This document shows, one piece after another, positions 28,025 to 39,028 of a stretch of 64,000 bases of DNA. Within the stretch, counting starts at the first letter, position 1; every line of letters starts with the position of its first letter. This stretch comes from Candidatus Liptonbacteria bacterium (GTDB taxonomy: Bacteria > Patescibacteriota > Minisyncoccia > UBA6257 > 2-01-FULL-56-20), in NCBI GenBank assembly GCA_016194445.1, contig JACQBP010000040.1:20402-84401 (forward strand). Reading direction: 5' to 3'. Below the pieces are notes generated by a model that had not been told where the DNA came from, did not search any database, and saw only the letters and a program-made list of their open reading frames with translations. A program made the translations under genes and the position numbers.

Positions 28025-29029
28025 CTAAGATAGATATTTAAACCAATCTTGGGTGGCTTCTTGAATCGTACTTTCCGTCCAAACGGGAGCGTTTTTCCAA
28101 TTATCTATTTCCTTAAGGACAATCTTAACTCCCTCTTTGATCGAAACGATAGGTTTCCAGTGAAGCCGGGTGGTGATTTTGGTGATGTCGGCAAAGGTTT
28201 GGTCGGGTTCGCCGGGGCGCTTTGGTAAATAGACTTTCTTTTCGGAACCGAGAAGCGTGACCAGAGTGTTGACACTCTCTGGGTGACCAGAGCCAATATT
28301 AAAAATTTCTCCGACACAATTTGATTCCGCAGCTTTCAAGAAAGCGTCGACGGCGTCGGTGACAAAAACAAAGTCGCGAGTTTGGGTGCCATCACCTACA
28401 ATGGTGAGCGGTTTTTGATTAGCTTTTTGGGCAAGAAAAACTCCGAGCGCGGCTCCATAACCGGAGTCGGTGCGAACGCGGGGGCCGTAGATATTAAACG
28501 GGCGCAAGGAAACCAGCGGCAGTTTGTAAAGTTTGGCGTAATGGAGGGCAAGATGTTCGCCTAGATACTTTGACTCGGCGTAAGGATATTGGGGGCGAAT
28601 CGCGGCGGTTTCTTTAGTGGGGTATTCATCGGGAATGCCGTAGCAACTCGAGGAGGCGGTATAGATAAATCTTTTCACTCCCCTTTTGCGACTAGCTTCA
28701 AGGATAGAGGCAGTCCCGAAAACGTTGCTCTCGAAATAATCAAGAGGTTTTTGGATGGACGGGATGAGATTGCTTAAAGCGGCTAAGTGGAAAACCCAAT
28801 CGACTCCTTCGAAAATTTCTAACATGGCATTAAAGTCGGTAATGTCAGCTTTAAAAACTTTTAAGCGAGGATGATTTTTGACGGACTCTAAATTGCGTTC
28901 GAGACCAGTAGAAAAATTGTCGATGACACTAACTGTGTGGCCATCTTTAATGAGTCGCTCGACAAGATGAGAACCGATAAATCCAGCGCCGCCGGTGACC
29001 ACGACTCTTTTTTGGTTGAAACTAGCCAT
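28025..29029 (-). CDS. NAD-dependent epimerase/dehydratase
   Basis: TGGAGFIGS, ASSSCYG, YAESK, GDGTQTRDF. Confidence 0.92.
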   Translation of the reverse strand: MASFNQKRVVVTGGAGFIGSHLVERLIKDGHTVSVIDNFSTGLERNLESVKNHPRLKVFKADITDFNAMLEIFEGVDWVFHLAALSNLIPSIQKPLDYFESNVFGTASILEASRKRGVKRFIYTASSSCYGIPDEYPTKETAAIRPQYPYAESKYLGEHLALHYAKLYKLPLVSLRPFNIYGPRVRTDSGYGAALGVFLAQKANQKPLTIVGDGTQTRDFVFVTDAVDAFLKAAESNCVGEIFNIGSGHPESVNTLVTLLGSEKKVYLPKRPGEPDQTFADITKITTRLHWKPIVSIKEGVKIVLKEIDNWKNAPVWTESTIQEATQDWFKYLS

Positions 29030-29059
29030 AAAAATTTTCGGAACGAGGAGGATTTAAGT

Positions 29060-29845
29060 TTAAGAGAATTCTAAAATGAGCGGAAGATGATCGGAGATGG
29101 CAAGAGTGGGCACGGTGAAATTTTTGATTTTTAAGCTCGGCGAGACAAAACAGTAATCAGCGAAATGCTGGAGGTTGCCTCCATACTTGGCCGCCTCGAT
29201 AATGCTCCGCGTCGTCGAGATTTTGAAATCTTTGATTAAATTCTTCATTCCGTTTTTTTCAATCATTTGGATACTTTCGGTATTGGGCAAGAGATTAAAA
29301 TCACCGCAAAGAATTTTCTCGCCGGGTTGCTCGCTAAGGAAGTTAATAATATTTTGAGATTGCTCAAGGCGCGCTGGGGAGTCTTCCTTTTTTCCGGGCC
29401 AAACAATTCCGTGGAGGTGGGCTATGGTAAGCCGATTACTTTTCCCTTCAATATTGATATATTGTATCGCGACCGGCAAATCAAGTAGGCCGTCTCTTAC
29501 AACGACGTCGTTATAGGAACCATAAATAAAACGTTCTCCATGAGAAAGGATAGGAAGAGAGCGTTTCGCAAAAATAGTTTCTCCACTGGCAGCGGGAAAA
29601 TTAATTTTTTCGTGGAGGTCATACTGTTCCTGAATAGGAGCAAAGTATCCGTCGTGGTCAGGGAGGGCAGCAACTAGATCTGAAAAAATATTCATTTTCA
29701 TTCCGTTGCTCACCTCCGGGCCGGCACTGCTTCGGAATACTTCTTGAAAGCAAAAAATGTCGGTGGAGGACGCTTGGGATTTAATAAATTCCAGGAGTGG
29801 TCCAAATTTTTTACCGCCCCAAATATTTAAAGAGATGAGTTTCAT
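29060..29845 (-). CDS. Endonuclease/exonuclease/phosphatase family protein
   Basis: SLNIWG, CFQEV, GDFN, ADY, SDHLP. Confidence 0.88.
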   Translation of the reverse strand: MKLISLNIWGGKKFGPLLEFIKSQASSTDIFCFQEVFRSSAGPEVSNGMKMNIFSDLVAALPDHDGYFAPIQEQYDLHEKINFPAASGETIFAKRSLPILSHGERFIYGSYNDVVVRDGLLDLPVAIQYINIEGKSNRLTIAHLHGIVWPGKKEDSPARLEQSQNIINFLSEQPGEKILCGDFNLLPNTESIQMIEKNGMKNLIKDFKISTTRSIIEAAKYGGNLQHFADYCFVSPSLKIKNFTVPTLAISDHLPLILEFS

Positions 29846-29861
29846 ATTTTTACTTTTCTAC

Positions 29862-32198
29862 TCAGATTGATATAGGCGAAAAATAGGGATTAAAAATGGT
29901 TCTAAAAGTTGCAGCACTAAAAGGCCAGTAGGTAAAATCGATAAGGTGATCCCCCCGAGAAAGGCGAACGCCTCGAAAAGTGGTGTGCGCGGTAATAATC
30001 TGACTTTCTTTGCCATCAACAAAAACGCGCCAGCCGGGATAATTGGTCTCGGCCAAAACTAGCAGGCCATCTCTCGCGGCATGAGTTTCAAGGGTGACGC
30101 GATTGGGTTCGCGGTGACTGATTATAACATCTTTTAGCGCTTGACCGTCTTCGGTTTCGATACGAGCGATGGGCAAGGCGGTTTTATTTTCATAAATTTT
30201 CACCTCGTGGTCATAGACGAGTGGGTAAGGAGCATCTTTGGGCAAAGGTTTTTCCGAAACAATATATTTAACACTGGCAACATTAAAAAGTGGCACGAAG
30301 TTTATATCACCTAACTTATCAGCTTCGCCAAAAACGTACATGTCAGACTCGCGCTTAAGAAAACCACCATCAAAAAGCGGTTTTAAACTATTCACGTACG
30401 ACTGAAGCAAGACACCTTCGTAATTACCCATGTTTTTAAGGCCATAGCCGGTGGGTATATGTTCCATCAACGTTCTTCCGATCGCAAGAATTCGATAGGA
30501 ATCAACGTCGGGGCGCGATTTTAAATATACAACAAAGGGTGGTTCTCGGTAGAGATCTTGGAGATTGGAAGTGTCTCGAAGTTTGGGAATATAAAAAACC
30601 ATCTCGACGATAAGGAAGACGAAAATGAGGTTAAAAAGCTTTTTCTTCCATAAAAACAAAAATAGGAGTAAAAAGAAAAAGGTGGTACCAAAAACCAAAG
30701 CCGCCACGGAATACGGATTGTGAATGAGCCAGTTGATGAAGTTTTGAAGAGGGGCTGGAAACCTGCCGATGTATAAACTTATCTTATTCAAATCAATTTC
30801 GTTGAAAACAAGTTTGTACGAGTGACGAAAGGAAGGAGAAAACACCATCAAGCCGGTGAAGGGACCTAAAAACGAGAGGAGGATCGCCCAAAATTTCTTG
30901 AGTGAGACATTTTGACTTTTCATATTCTCGAATCCGATGGCCGCAAGAATCGCAAGAGTAAAATGAAAAGCGCCCACGTATCGGAAAAAAGTCACCCTCT
31001 TTAACACCGGTAACCATTCTAACCAACTTACAGGTGGAACTCCTAGCCACATCAAAATAAAGAAAGACGCAGCTCCACCAAAAAATACAAGCGATGAGAT
31101 ATGCTCAGTTTTCTTCTTAAAACTGAAGGCGGCAATAGTAAGCAAGAGAATGAAGGTCCCCATATAGGTCACAATAAGACTGTCTTCTCTCATAGTGGAG
31201 GTTCCAACAATGCTAGCTTCCAGGAAAAGTGTGGGAGGGACAGGCAAGTGAAAGAATTTTTCTAACTGTACCAGGAAATGGTTATGCTCCGCACGATAAG
31301 CGTCGATCCACTCAACGGTATGCCCTTGCCCCCCAGACCCTTGGCTAAAAAAAAGAGACATATCCCAAAGCATAGGAAGGCTCATAATAAGCGCGACGCA
31401 CAGGGAAAAAATAAAGGCGCGGCCGGTAAATCGAAGGCTTATTTTACTGGTGAAATAGCGGTATACAAAATAGCTAAGAGAAAGGAGGGTAACAATGATG
31501 ACGGCTTCTGGATTACCGCTCAGTACCATAATCCCCCAGGCGATACCTAAAAAAAAGATGTTTTTAATAATAGGAGAGGATAGGAGGCGTTCAATCCCGA
31601 GGAGAAGATAGGGAGTCATCATGTCCGCGGCAAAACCCCAGTGAGTAATCCACAGCACAAAATACGCCGAAAACATATAGGCGACACCCCCGAGAAGCGC
31701 GCTTTGATGAGAAAGTCGCAGTTTTTTAAGAAAAAGGTAGGCTCCAAAGCCCGCGATTAGAAATCTAATAAGAAGATAGTAATCGAAGGTTTTTAGAAAC
31801 GGGAGGAGAGTGAAGAGCGCTAGTTTAAGCGGATTATATATACCGCTCGTGATGCTGGCGGAAAGCGGCTGACCGTTGCCTTGATATGGATTCCAGAAGG
31901 CGAAATGGCCTTTTCTTAGCTCCTGGGACCAGTAAAGAGTTTGAGGAACCTCAAAATGCGACCAATTAGTCGAGTCCAGATCCCAAAAAGTTTTGGGGCC
32001 GTGATAGTAATAAGATCCAGCGCTTAATGGCAAACCGGGACCATCGCTAAAAAAAGTTTGCTGGTTAATGATGATGCGAAAAAAAACAATCCCGATAAGA
32101 ACAGCGAAAAAAACGAAGGCTTTTTTACTCTGGCTTTGCCGACCAACGAAATTCTTTACTTGAGACAAGATATTGCTGAATGATCGGATTGTATTCAT
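29862..32198 (-). CDS. YfhO-family GT-C membrane glycosyltransferase
   Basis: FWNPY..GQP, multiple TM helices, YPGWRVFVDG..FRGV..G.H.I.F.Y. Confidence 0.85.
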   Translation of the reverse strand: MNTIRSFSNILSQVKNFVGRQSQSKKAFVFFAVLIGIVFFRIIINQQTFFSDGPGLPLSAGSYYYHGPKTFWDLDSTNWSHFEVPQTLYWSQELRKGHFAFWNPYQGNGQPLSASITSGIYNPLKLALFTLLPFLKTFDYYLLIRFLIAGFGAYLFLKKLRLSHQSALLGGVAYMFSAYFVLWITHWGFAADMMTPYLLLGIERLLSSPIIKNIFFLGIAWGIMVLSGNPEAVIIVTLLSLSYFVYRYFTSKISLRFTGRAFIFSLCVALIMSLPMLWDMSLFFSQGSGGQGHTVEWIDAYRAEHNHFLVQLEKFFHLPVPPTLFLEASIVGTSTMREDSLIVTYMGTFILLLTIAAFSFKKKTEHISSLVFFGGAASFFILMWLGVPPVSWLEWLPVLKRVTFFRYVGAFHFTLAILAAIGFENMKSQNVSLKKFWAILLSFLGPFTGLMVFSPSFRHSYKLVFNEIDLNKISLYIGRFPAPLQNFINWLIHNPYSVAALVFGTTFFFLLLFLFLWKKKLFNLIFVFLIVEMVFYIPKLRDTSNLQDLYREPPFVVYLKSRPDVDSYRILAIGRTLMEHIPTGYGLKNMGNYEGVLLQSYVNSLKPLFDGGFLKRESDMYVFGEADKLGDINFVPLFNVASVKYIVSEKPLPKDAPYPLVYDHEVKIYENKTALPIARIETEDGQALKDVIISHREPNRVTLETHAARDGLLVLAETNYPGWRVFVDGKESQIITAHTTFRGVRLSRGDHLIDFTYWPFSAATFRTIFNPYFSPISI

Positions 32199-33121
32199 TT
32201 TTTCTTAAAGACAAAGTTGGATCCCCAGGCGTAATTTTTATCGCCGGAAGGAACGAGGTTTGGGATGTGGACGAGTTCGCCTGATGAAGTAATGCCAAAA
32301 GATTGATAACCTAACTCGTATAAGGCTCGGATAGCGGGGAGGGAAAACTTTTCCCCAATTTTTCCTCTCCAGACCTCCATAAGGATAATCGGACTCGATT
32401 TCTCAAGAGTGTGTTGCCCTCCTTGGATAATGTTAAATTCGCTGCCCTCAACGTCAAGTTTAATAATGGTCGGGTGTTTTCGAGCGCGAACATATTCATC
32501 TAAAGTGGTGACGTCAACAGAGATTTCTTGATAGGTGGAAATATTTTGTTGGGCAACATTTTTTAAAAGGGTACCGCTGCCGCTTTCACCTTCGGCCGAT
32601 CCATCAAAAAATGGAAGGGATCCTTTGCAATCGGATAAAGCGACATTATTGAGAAAGATGTTTTTTCCTCCTCCCGAAAACACTGCGTCCAGATATTGGA
32701 ATATTTTAGGTGAAGGCTCGAACGCATGGATTTCTCCTTGAGTAATAAGTTCCCGAGCTAAAGAAGTGTAAAAACCGTAATGCGCGCCGATGTCGAAAAA
32801 CACGTCTTTTTCCTTAAGGTGCTCAAGAAGAAATAAAATTGATGGCTGTTCTTCGCGAGAGAGCGTACCGTAATAGTAAAGAGATTCGGCTTCTTCGAGA
32901 GACAGCAAGAGTTCCTTTTGCCAAAAAGTCTGGACTCGGAAATTCTTTGGCCGCCACCGTTTGCCCAAACTCATCAGGGTATGATAGGCAAGGTAACGAA
33001 CTCCATGATCGGCCAATTTTTTGAGTTTTCCCTTAAATGATGGATCGCTGGCCGCGAAAACATGTTTAGAGGCGGCTTGGGCGAGAGTGAGAAGGGTGAG
33101 TCTTTTTTCTTCTAAAGTCAT
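32195..33121 (-). CDS. FkbM-family methyltransferase
   Basis: FDIGAHYG, AFEP, IKLDVEGSE. Confidence 0.92.
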   Translation of the reverse strand: MTLEEKRLTLLTLAQAASKHVFAASDPSFKGKLKKLADHGVRYLAYHTLMSLGKRWRPKNFRVQTFWQKELLLSLEEAESLYYYGTLSREEQPSILFLLEHLKEKDVFFDIGAHYGFYTSLARELITQGEIHAFEPSPKIFQYLDAVFSGGGKNIFLNNVALSDCKGSLPFFDGSAEGESGSGTLLKNVAQQNISTYQEISVDVTTLDEYVRARKHPTIIKLDVEGSEFNIIQGGQHTLEKSSPIILMEVWRGKIGEKFSLPAIRALYELGYQSFGITSSGELVHIPNLVPSGDKNYAWGSNFVFKKK

Positions 33122-33169
33122 AATCCATATACTACCGAACTAAACGACAATTTAAAACCCACGAAAAAG

Positions 33170-34225
33170 CTAAGGAGGAAAAACTACTCGCAAGACTTCC
33201 TTCGCTCGGTTTACGTACGTATGTCGTCGTAAGGTCACCTGATAGAGCTGGCTGGCAATATTTTCTCGCTCCTCTTCGTGATTTAAGTAGTACTTAACCT
33301 GATCGGCCATTTCTTTAACAGAGCGGAAAGTGACTAAGTGTCCTTCAAATAATTGTTCCGCATCACGTTGATAGTCGGCGAGAGGAAAACTCCCAGCGAG
33401 AGCAGCCTCAAAGGCGCGGGGCGAGGGAGCGTCTTTATCGCGTGGATGTTCTGGGGCGAGCACAATTTTAGATCGGTTGTAAAGCACGTTCACTTCTTCG
33501 ATTGGTAACGACGAAGTGGTGATAACCTCAAGATTTTTCAAATGAGGAAACTCGGGGCGGCGAATTAATTTTTCTAATCCAGGCCCGGCCGCGCTGACCC
33601 GGAAACCTTCCGCGCAGAGATAATCCAAAATATAGGCCTTAGTAACGGTGGCGGTTGAAATCGAAGAAAACTGGCCCATTAAAAAAAGATCGATATCTTT
33701 TTTAAGACGGAGAGGTTTATAAAATCGCGGGTCACCTGCAAGGGGCAAAATGTGCATAGAAGCATCACTGATTAGGCGAAGGCTAGGAATAGCGGAACTA
33801 TTAATAAAGAAGAGATGGGAGCAATAGATTAAATTGGTAAGGAAATACGAACTGTTTTTAGCGGCGATTAAAGGATCGGCAAAGACCATGTAGGCAGTGG
33901 GGATTTTATAATATTTTTTTATTTTCTTGAAAAGTTTGATTGAAATTGAATTGAAATTATAGAAAAAGATCAAATCGGGCTTGAAAAGTTTTATTTTTTC
34001 TTCGTACTGAGCGCTATTCACTTCCTTGTATCGCTCCCAATATTTCAGGTTTAAGTAGGTAAAGGGAGTCCGGGAGAAGAATTTAAAAAGACCCAAGGAA
34101 ATGCGGTAATGATCATGAAAATATATTTCGGTGGTATGTCCCAAGGATTGAAACGAGTGCTCAAAACTTTCTGTAACCCGATCTAGTCCCCCGCCAGAAA
34201 ATATCAGGATTTTTTTAAAAGCCAT
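33170..34225 (-). CDS. CgeB-family glycosyltransferase
   Basis: YNRSKIVL, PRAFEAA, YYLNHEEERE.IA..HTY.NRA. Confidence 0.8.
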   Translation of the reverse strand: MAFKKILIFSGGGLDRVTESFEHSFQSLGHTTEIYFHDHYRISLGLFKFFSRTPFTYLNLKYWERYKEVNSAQYEEKIKLFKPDLIFFYNFNSISIKLFKKIKKYYKIPTAYMVFADPLIAAKNSSYFLTNLIYCSHLFFINSSAIPSLRLISDASMHILPLAGDPRFYKPLRLKKDIDLFLMGQFSSISTATVTKAYILDYLCAEGFRVSAAGPGLEKLIRRPEFPHLKNLEVITTSSLPIEEVNVLYNRSKIVLAPEHPRDKDAPSPRAFEAALAGSFPLADYQRDAEQLFEGHLVTFRSVKEMADQVKYYLNHEEERENIASQLYQVTLRRHTYVNRAKEVLRVVFPP

Positions 34226-34228
34226 AGT

Positions 34229-35167
34229 TTAAGAAATCAGCTTATAAGCTTTGAGTGTTCGGAGAATTCCTTCGTCTAGACTAATTTGCGGCTCCCAACC
34301 GAATTCTTTCTTGGCTTTTTCATGAGAGACGACGAAGCGGAGCATCTCGCCAGCCCTTTGGGGAAGGTAGAGAGGATGATTATCCGGCTGGCCTAGCAAC
34401 CGCGCAATCTTCTCATATAATACATTTAAAGTTATCTCCTGGCCGGATCCTAAGTTAAAAATAGGTTCGGGATGATGATCATCGAGTTCGAGAACTAGCA
34501 AATTGGCGCGAACAACGTCGTCAACGTAGACATAATCTCGGGTTAGATTGCCGTCGCCATACATCTCGGCATGCTGATGACTGGAAATTTTTCGAATATA
34601 ATCCGCCAGGGCACCCCCAATCTGTCGCGGCCCGTATACTGTAGCGTAGCGCAAAACGACGAAGGGAAGATTGTAGGCTTGGTTGAAAAACCGCAGGTAA
34701 TTTTCGGAGGCAATTTTTGAAATAGCGTAAGGAGAAATGGGCTGAGTGGGGTGTTGTTCGGTTAGTGGAAAACTATGGGTGTTTCCATACACAAAACTCG
34801 ATGAAGCCATCACGACTTTTTTCACTTTGGAACGGTGGGCGTTAAGAAAAATATTGAGCGACCCAGATATGCCCCGAGCGTCGAATAGTGGATTGACCAC
34901 TGACTGAGGAACATTAGTGTTGAAGGCTAAGTGATAGACAATATCGGGTTGTTCTTTTTTGAAAACATCCGAAACTTTTTCATCGCCCATATCGAGATGA
35001 TAAAAACGCGCCCGGGGATGGAGGTTTTCCTTCTTGCCAGTCGATAGATCATCAATAATAGAAACAGAAGCGCCAAGTTCAACTAAGGTGCCAACAAGAC
35101 GAGAACCGATAAATCCAGCTCCCCCGGTGACGATTATATTTTTATTAGATATATCAAATTTAGTCAT
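34229..35167 (-). CDS. UDP-glucose 4-epimerase-like SDR
   Basis: TGGAGFIGS, PISPYAISK, RDYVYVDDV. Confidence 0.9.
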   Translation of the reverse strand: MTKFDISNKNIIVTGGAGFIGSRLVGTLVELGASVSIIDDLSTGKKENLHPRARFYHLDMGDEKVSDVFKKEQPDIVYHLAFNTNVPQSVVNPLFDARGISGSLNIFLNAHRSKVKKVVMASSSFVYGNTHSFPLTEQHPTQPISPYAISKIASENYLRFFNQAYNLPFVVLRYATVYGPRQIGGALADYIRKISSHQHAEMYGDGNLTRDYVYVDDVVRANLLVLELDDHHPEPIFNLGSGQEITLNVLYEKIARLLGQPDNHPLYLPQRAGEMLRFVVSHEKAKKEFGWEPQISLDEGILRTLKAYKLIS

Positions 35168-36207
35168 GCCACAATTTTTAATATTGCTTCAGCTCTTTTG
35201 TGATAGGTATGTTGATTAAACGCAATAGAACGAATTTTCTGACTGATATGTTCTCTTGCGTTATTGTCACTGAGAAAGCTCTCCACAGTATCAAGCAATT
35301 CGCGAGCTGTGGTAATGGTGACAAGCTCGTTATTGAAAAGCTTGGGGGTATTAATTTTCGCATCAGTAATTAAAAAATTGCCACTTAAAGCGATGTCAAA
35401 CACGGGTTCACTAAAATCAGTCTTCAGAAGCAATGGGTTGATGTAGATAATTACCTTGGATCGATTATAAAGTTTATTTAACTGATCCTCTCGAGGAGCG
35501 GTGGCTTTAAGTTTAGGGAAGAAATAGCGGATTTTCCGAAAACCATCGCCCCTCACTTTGAAATTCAGTCCTGCCTGCTGTAAATGAGAAAGAAGAATGG
35601 CTCGCCCGAAACCAGAAACAATGTGGCGATCGTCCGGGAAAAAAGAGCCGACGAAAAGGAGGTCAATATCTTTTTGAAAAGAAAGTTTTTTGTATAGACG
35701 ATTGTCGCCAGCCATAGGTAGGTAAAACTTCGGAATATTAAAAAGCTGGAGGGATTGAGCCCATAATTCATCAATGACGAATAAATGAGAGTAAGCCGAG
35801 TAGTTAAGCCATCCGGTCGAGTGATACACGTCGATAGCGGCAGGTTCTTCCATAACCCAACAAGCCACGGGAATTTTGAACCTCGCTCGGATTTCGAAGA
35901 CGGTGGCGGGAAGAATGCTTTCGCCCCCGACTACCAAGACAAAGTCAGGATGAGAAGAAGCGATGGCGGCTAAAAGCTTTCGACTTAAAATCTCACGTTG
36001 TTTGGCATAATATCGCGCGATAGTTCCTTTGAGGGGGAGATAGGAAGCAAGCTTCGCGAATTCTAGCGGGAAACCTAGGTGATCGCCAAAAAATGCGGTG
36101 CGATGACCAAGTTCATCGAAAGCAGCTTGGATAGATTCTCCACACTGCCTATTAACACCTAGCCCTGAAACAAAAATAGTCATGGGCGGCACCTTAGTAT
36201 CCGGCAT
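35164..36207 (-). CDS. CgeB-family glycosyltransferase
   Basis: DLLFVGS, YNRSKV, HTYHKRA. Confidence 0.78.
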   Translation of the reverse strand: MPDTKVPPMTIFVSGLGVNRQCGESIQAAFDELGHRTAFFGDHLGFPLEFAKLASYLPLKGTIARYYAKQREILSRKLLAAIASSHPDFVLVVGGESILPATVFEIRARFKIPVACWVMEEPAAIDVYHSTGWLNYSAYSHLFVIDELWAQSLQLFNIPKFYLPMAGDNRLYKKLSFQKDIDLLFVGSFFPDDRHIVSGFGRAILLSHLQQAGLNFKVRGDGFRKIRYFFPKLKATAPREDQLNKLYNRSKVIIYINPLLLKTDFSEPVFDIALSGNFLITDAKINTPKLFNNELVTITTARELLDTVESFLSDNNAREHISQKIRSIAFNQHTYHKRAEAILKIVA

Positions 36208-36303
36208 TTGAGCATTGTATAAGAAAGACTAACCTTATTCAAGAAGACAGATAAATCAGAAACCCGAAATTTTTCCCGGAGTGGTGGGTTTAGATCAATA
36301 GTT

Positions 36304-37091
36304 TTAGAGTGAAGCAGAATTCTCCGCAAACATCATTGATAAGGAGGGGTCGCCAACTATAACCGAAAAACCCTGCTGTTTTAGAAATTCTTTGAGCTTA
36401 ACGGAGCTTCCGATAATCGGATCATGAGTTTCGAGTGTAATGCTCTTTATCCGTTTAAGATAGGCCGGGGGGTATGAAAAATAATTTCAGACTCAGAACC
36501 TTCGCAATCTATTTTTAGAAAGTCGCAGCGTGAGATGTGATTTTTTTCAAAGATATCTGCAAGGGTTAGAGAATGAACGTCGAACTGGTCAGTTTGTCGC
36601 TGCCCAGGAATAGGAAAGAAGCTAGAGCCAGTTCTTTCGGAGAAAAAGTGGAGTCGGCGCAACCCACGCCGCCCGGAGACGGCAAGTTGAAAAGGAAAGA
36701 CTCGATCGCTTAATGCGTTCAAGTCGATATTGGCTTTCAAAAGAGAGAAGTTCTCAGGAAGAGGCTCGAAGCTAAAAACTTTTGCGCCTCGGATACGCTG
36801 GGCGGCCAAGATAGAGAAAACACCAATGTGAGCTCCAATATCCACAACCACCGCATTATTTTTGAGACGGGAAAGAAATCGGCCATAGTGATCGTAGGTT
36901 GCGATTTCTTTCAGCACGTGAATATCTCCCCGGCTTTTAACTAAAAACTGGGTGCTGTTCCGCAGTTTACAGATGACCGGTTTGGGTTTTTCAAATGTGA
37001 ACACAGAGGCCCAGAGTATCAGCGGCCAACTTTTGTAAACGCGAACGGTTCTAAACACCGACTTTATCTTGTGAAAATATTTCTGAAACAT
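36304..37091 (-). pseudogene. FkbM-family methyltransferase frameshifted in a 6-nt G/C run (36467-36472)
   Basis: VDIGAHIG, FEP, LKIDCEGSE. One extra C restores ...TPPAYLKRIKSITLETH...FLKQQGF..MMFAEN to stop 36304. Confidence 0.8.
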
Positions 37092-37122
37092 AGAGGAGAG
37101 TAAGGAGAGCAAGCAGAATTTT

Positions 37123-38181
37123 TTACGGATACCGTAAGCCAGCTTTTTGGAATATCTCAATAAAGCGTTTCTCATAGGTATGGTCACGAAGGGTTCGTGT
37201 GTACCCAGCGAGAGCAATACGTTCACGCTCATCTTCACGCTTAAGATAATACTTGATTTTTTTGATCAGCTCGGGAAGAGAGCGAAAGGCGACGATTTCT
37301 TTGTCGAGTTTATAATACTCGGGGAGGTCATGCGTCATTTGAGTGAGCACAAAACTTCTAGCCGCAAGGCAATTAAACGTCCTTGGCTTGATCATGGGAG
37401 TACGTTTCTGCCACCATTCCCTTATATTATTAAAGAAGTTACCGAAATCAGGGCGAATGCCCTCCTTAGATGGCTTCAAGAAGAAGCGCGCGAAAGGCTT
37501 GAGGCCTAGGTACGAAGAAGGCGGGTTGATATCAATGTTGATCTTCGTCGCGTGAACGACGGGAACCATTAAATCATCAGATAAACGTCCTTCCGGCCAT
37601 CCCGGTCCCCACACTGCGACAGAAATACCGGCTCGGCGGAGGGCGTGAATAACTTGCTCTCGATTGTGATACCAAGCACCAACAAAACTCACATCATACT
37701 TAAAACGATTAGGGCTTGGATTAGAGGGAGGAATAAAAAGCCGATGATTGGCCCCCAAATGCGTGCGGATTACCCGACATCCTAATTTCTCATATTTAGG
37801 AACCGCTTTCGAATAGGTGGTCGCAACCCAAGATAAATGGGGCGCGCCAAATTTTGAAGAGTTGTCGAAATGCCAGTGATCATCCATAAAAAAACCGATG
37901 CTAGTGGTCATCGCTTTGATCGCATCAAGAGTGGCAAAAGTAAGATCTTCGTAATACATGATGCTTAAAAAGGCGTCGGGTTTTTCCCGACGAACCAGAT
38001 CTAGGAGTTCCTGATTGACGCCTTTGGCTCCGACAGATTCCACGCGATCATACTCATAATACACTACTTGAAGGTTGGGGAGTCGTCGCAGACTGTCGTA
38101 TATATTCGAATGATCAAAAGAAAATCCTTGGGCGGGATCGTGGTTGTAGTATTTATTGCCGGCGTATAGAATGCGCAACAT
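37123..38181 (-). CDS. CgeB-family glycosyltransferase (start revised to ATG 38181)
   Basis: DVSFVG, KINID, YYL..EDERERIA.AG..RTLRDHTY. Confidence 0.85.
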   Translation of the reverse strand: MLRILYAGNKYYNHDPAQGFSFDHSNIYDSLRRLPNLQVVYYEYDRVESVGAKGVNQELLDLVRREKPDAFLSIMYYEDLTFATLDAIKAMTTSIGFFMDDHWHFDNSSKFGAPHLSWVATTYSKAVPKYEKLGCRVIRTHLGANHRLFIPPSNPSPNRFKYDVSFVGAWYHNREQVIHALRRAGISVAVWGPGWPEGRLSDDLMVPVVHATKINIDINPPSSYLGLKPFARFFLKPSKEGIRPDFGNFFNNIREWWQKRTPMIKPRTFNCLAARSFVLTQMTHDLPEYYKLDKEIVAFRSLPELIKKIKYYLKREDERERIALAGYTRTLRDHTYEKRFIEIFQKAGLRYP

Positions 38182-38221
38182 GATACGGATGTTGTTTATA
38201 GAGCTTAGATAATAATTGCAT

Positions 38222-39022
38222 TCAACCCGCGGCGTGAGCGCGCTGTAATTCACTTCTCAGATTAACTAATAGAACAAGATATCCACGCAAGCCATCATTG
38301 ATGAAGTTATTACCGAAGGCTTCTTGCGCTGTGTATTGCGGAAAGAAGACTTGATAATCATGCTGGGCATTAAGCGCGGGCGATATAAATTCAAGATCAT
38401 ATGAGCGTACTTTTCCTAATGCATATTCATAAACATCATGGCCAAAATCGCTCCGTTCCGGAACCACAAAATCATCAATAATAACTATTGCTTGTTGCAA
38501 GCTTGATAAAGCCCGGAGTTCTTCTTGGAGTGGAACATTCCCCCCACTGTGAGCATCAAGAAAAAAGAAGGGTCTTTCCCCTAAAGCTTTTTGCTTAACC
38601 AAGCGGTTCACAAAAACTGGAGACGATAATTGCTGGATGATTACCCCCGGCGCCTTGTGAAGTCGCCACCGACTTTCCCGAAAATATGGGCCAGATATTT
38701 CGCAGGTATAAATCGGCATACGAGTCGAAGCCAATTTGGCTAGAAAAAGCGTTGTGGTGGTCTTGTGCGTTCCTGTTTCCACAAGCGCGGTCGGTCGAAA
38801 TTCCTCAATTATCTCGGATACTAATTCGCGCAATACCCGATCACCGTGAAAACCATAAAAAGTTACATCGGGATACCGACGCCAACGATATGGTACTAAT
38901 TGACGCCACGCACCGAGTTTGTTCCAAAACCAGCTGGGACTCCGTTTAAGAACAACGAGAAATAAAAAAAACCTTGGCCAGCGTTGTAATTTTTGCTTAA
39001 GTATCTGATTCATCTTAATCAT
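38222..39022 (-). CDS. SAM-methyltransferase-like protein, paralogue of 11129-11962
   Basis: FHGD, VETGT, FLDAH, IIDDF.VP, LRGY.V. Confidence 0.7.
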   Translation of the reverse strand: MIKMNQILKQKLQRWPRFFLFLVVLKRSPSWFWNKLGAWRQLVPYRWRRYPDVTFYGFHGDRVLRELVSEIIEEFRPTALVETGTHKTTTTLFLAKLASTRMPIYTCEISGPYFRESRWRLHKAPGVIIQQLSSPVFVNRLVKQKALGERPFFFLDAHSGGNVPLQEELRALSSLQQAIVIIDDFVVPERSDFGHDVYEYALGKVRSYDLEFISPALNAQHDYQVFFPQYTAQEAFGNNFINDGLRGYLVLLVNLRSELQRAHAAG

Positions 39023-39028
39023 TAGAAA

